Part shown: piece after piece, positions 63,582 to 64,000 of the stretch
Numbering within the stretch: position 1 is the stretch's first letter
How the letters are laid out: each line of letters opens with the position of its first letter
Assembly (NCBI GenBank): GCA_002269645.1
Contig: NIVC01001177.1
Coordinates: forward strand, 248,001-312,000
Source: Macrostomum lignano
Lineage: Eukaryota
Length of the DNA stretch: 64,000 bases
Direction: 5' to 3'
Notes under the pieces: generated by a model
Seen by the model: only the letters and a program-made list of their open reading frames with translations
Told to the model about the DNA's origin: nothing
Database searches by the model: none
Made by a program: the position numbers and the translations under genes

Positions 63582-64000
63582 CTGAGATTCACTCCTAACT
63601 TCTGAGATTCACTCCTAACTTCTGAGATTCACTCCAAACTTCTGAGATTCACTCCAAACTTATGAGATTCACTCCTAACTTCTGAGATTCACTCCTAACT
63701 TCTGAGATTCACTCCTAACTTCTGAGATTCACTCCTAACTTCTGAGATTCACTCCAAACTTATGAGATTCACTTCAAACTTCTGAGATTCACTCCAAACT
63801 TATGAGATTCACTCCAAACTTATGAGATTCAATCCAAACTTCTGAGATTCACTTCAAACTTCTGAGATTCACTTCAAACTTCTGAGATTCACTTCAAACT
63901 TCTGAGATTCACTTCAAACTTCTGAGATTCACTCTCTAGCTTACTGAGATTCACTCTCTAGCTTTCCGAAATTCACTCTCTAGCTTACGCTTACTGAGAT
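63582..64000. repeat. 20-bp minisatellite (CTGAGATTCACTCCTAACTT) in SNX13 intron 6
   Basis: Seen directly; runs to the window end. Confidence 0.95.

Overview
Eukaryotic (animal) genomic DNA, with no prokaryotic features. GC-rich exons separated by minisatellite-filled introns suggest a free-living flatworm such as Macrostomum, but this is inference only. Four spliced genes could be reconstructed by hand with canonical GT-AG sites and consistent phases: a 2-exon rhodopsin-class GPCR (minus, 7265-12703), a 2-exon membrane-anchored Sel1-repeat protein (37422-38588), a complete 5-exon DDX56/Dbp9 helicase (45945-55092) and the first 6 exons of an SNX13-like sorting nexin (56003 to beyond the window). 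Mobile elements: a 5'-truncated Ty3/gypsy element with intact 3' LTR, a mariner 5' fragment, a young 5'-truncated RTE-type LINE, an internally deleted relic of the same LINE, tRNA-derived SINEs and a MITE with an 8-bp TSD. About 26 tandem-repeat families cover much of the rest, and all very long ORFs in the track are artefacts of them. Best leads: a four-level higher-order repeat that has multiplied a unique 160-bp segment six times; inverted palindromic arrays flanking the Sel1 gene; arrays in 11 of 12 introns with a recurrent TGAGA core; an operon-like DDX56-SNX13 junction; a triple heat-shock-element promoter with no assigned gene; and a hammerhead-like hairpin in a dispersed repeat. None is proven novel without database searches.
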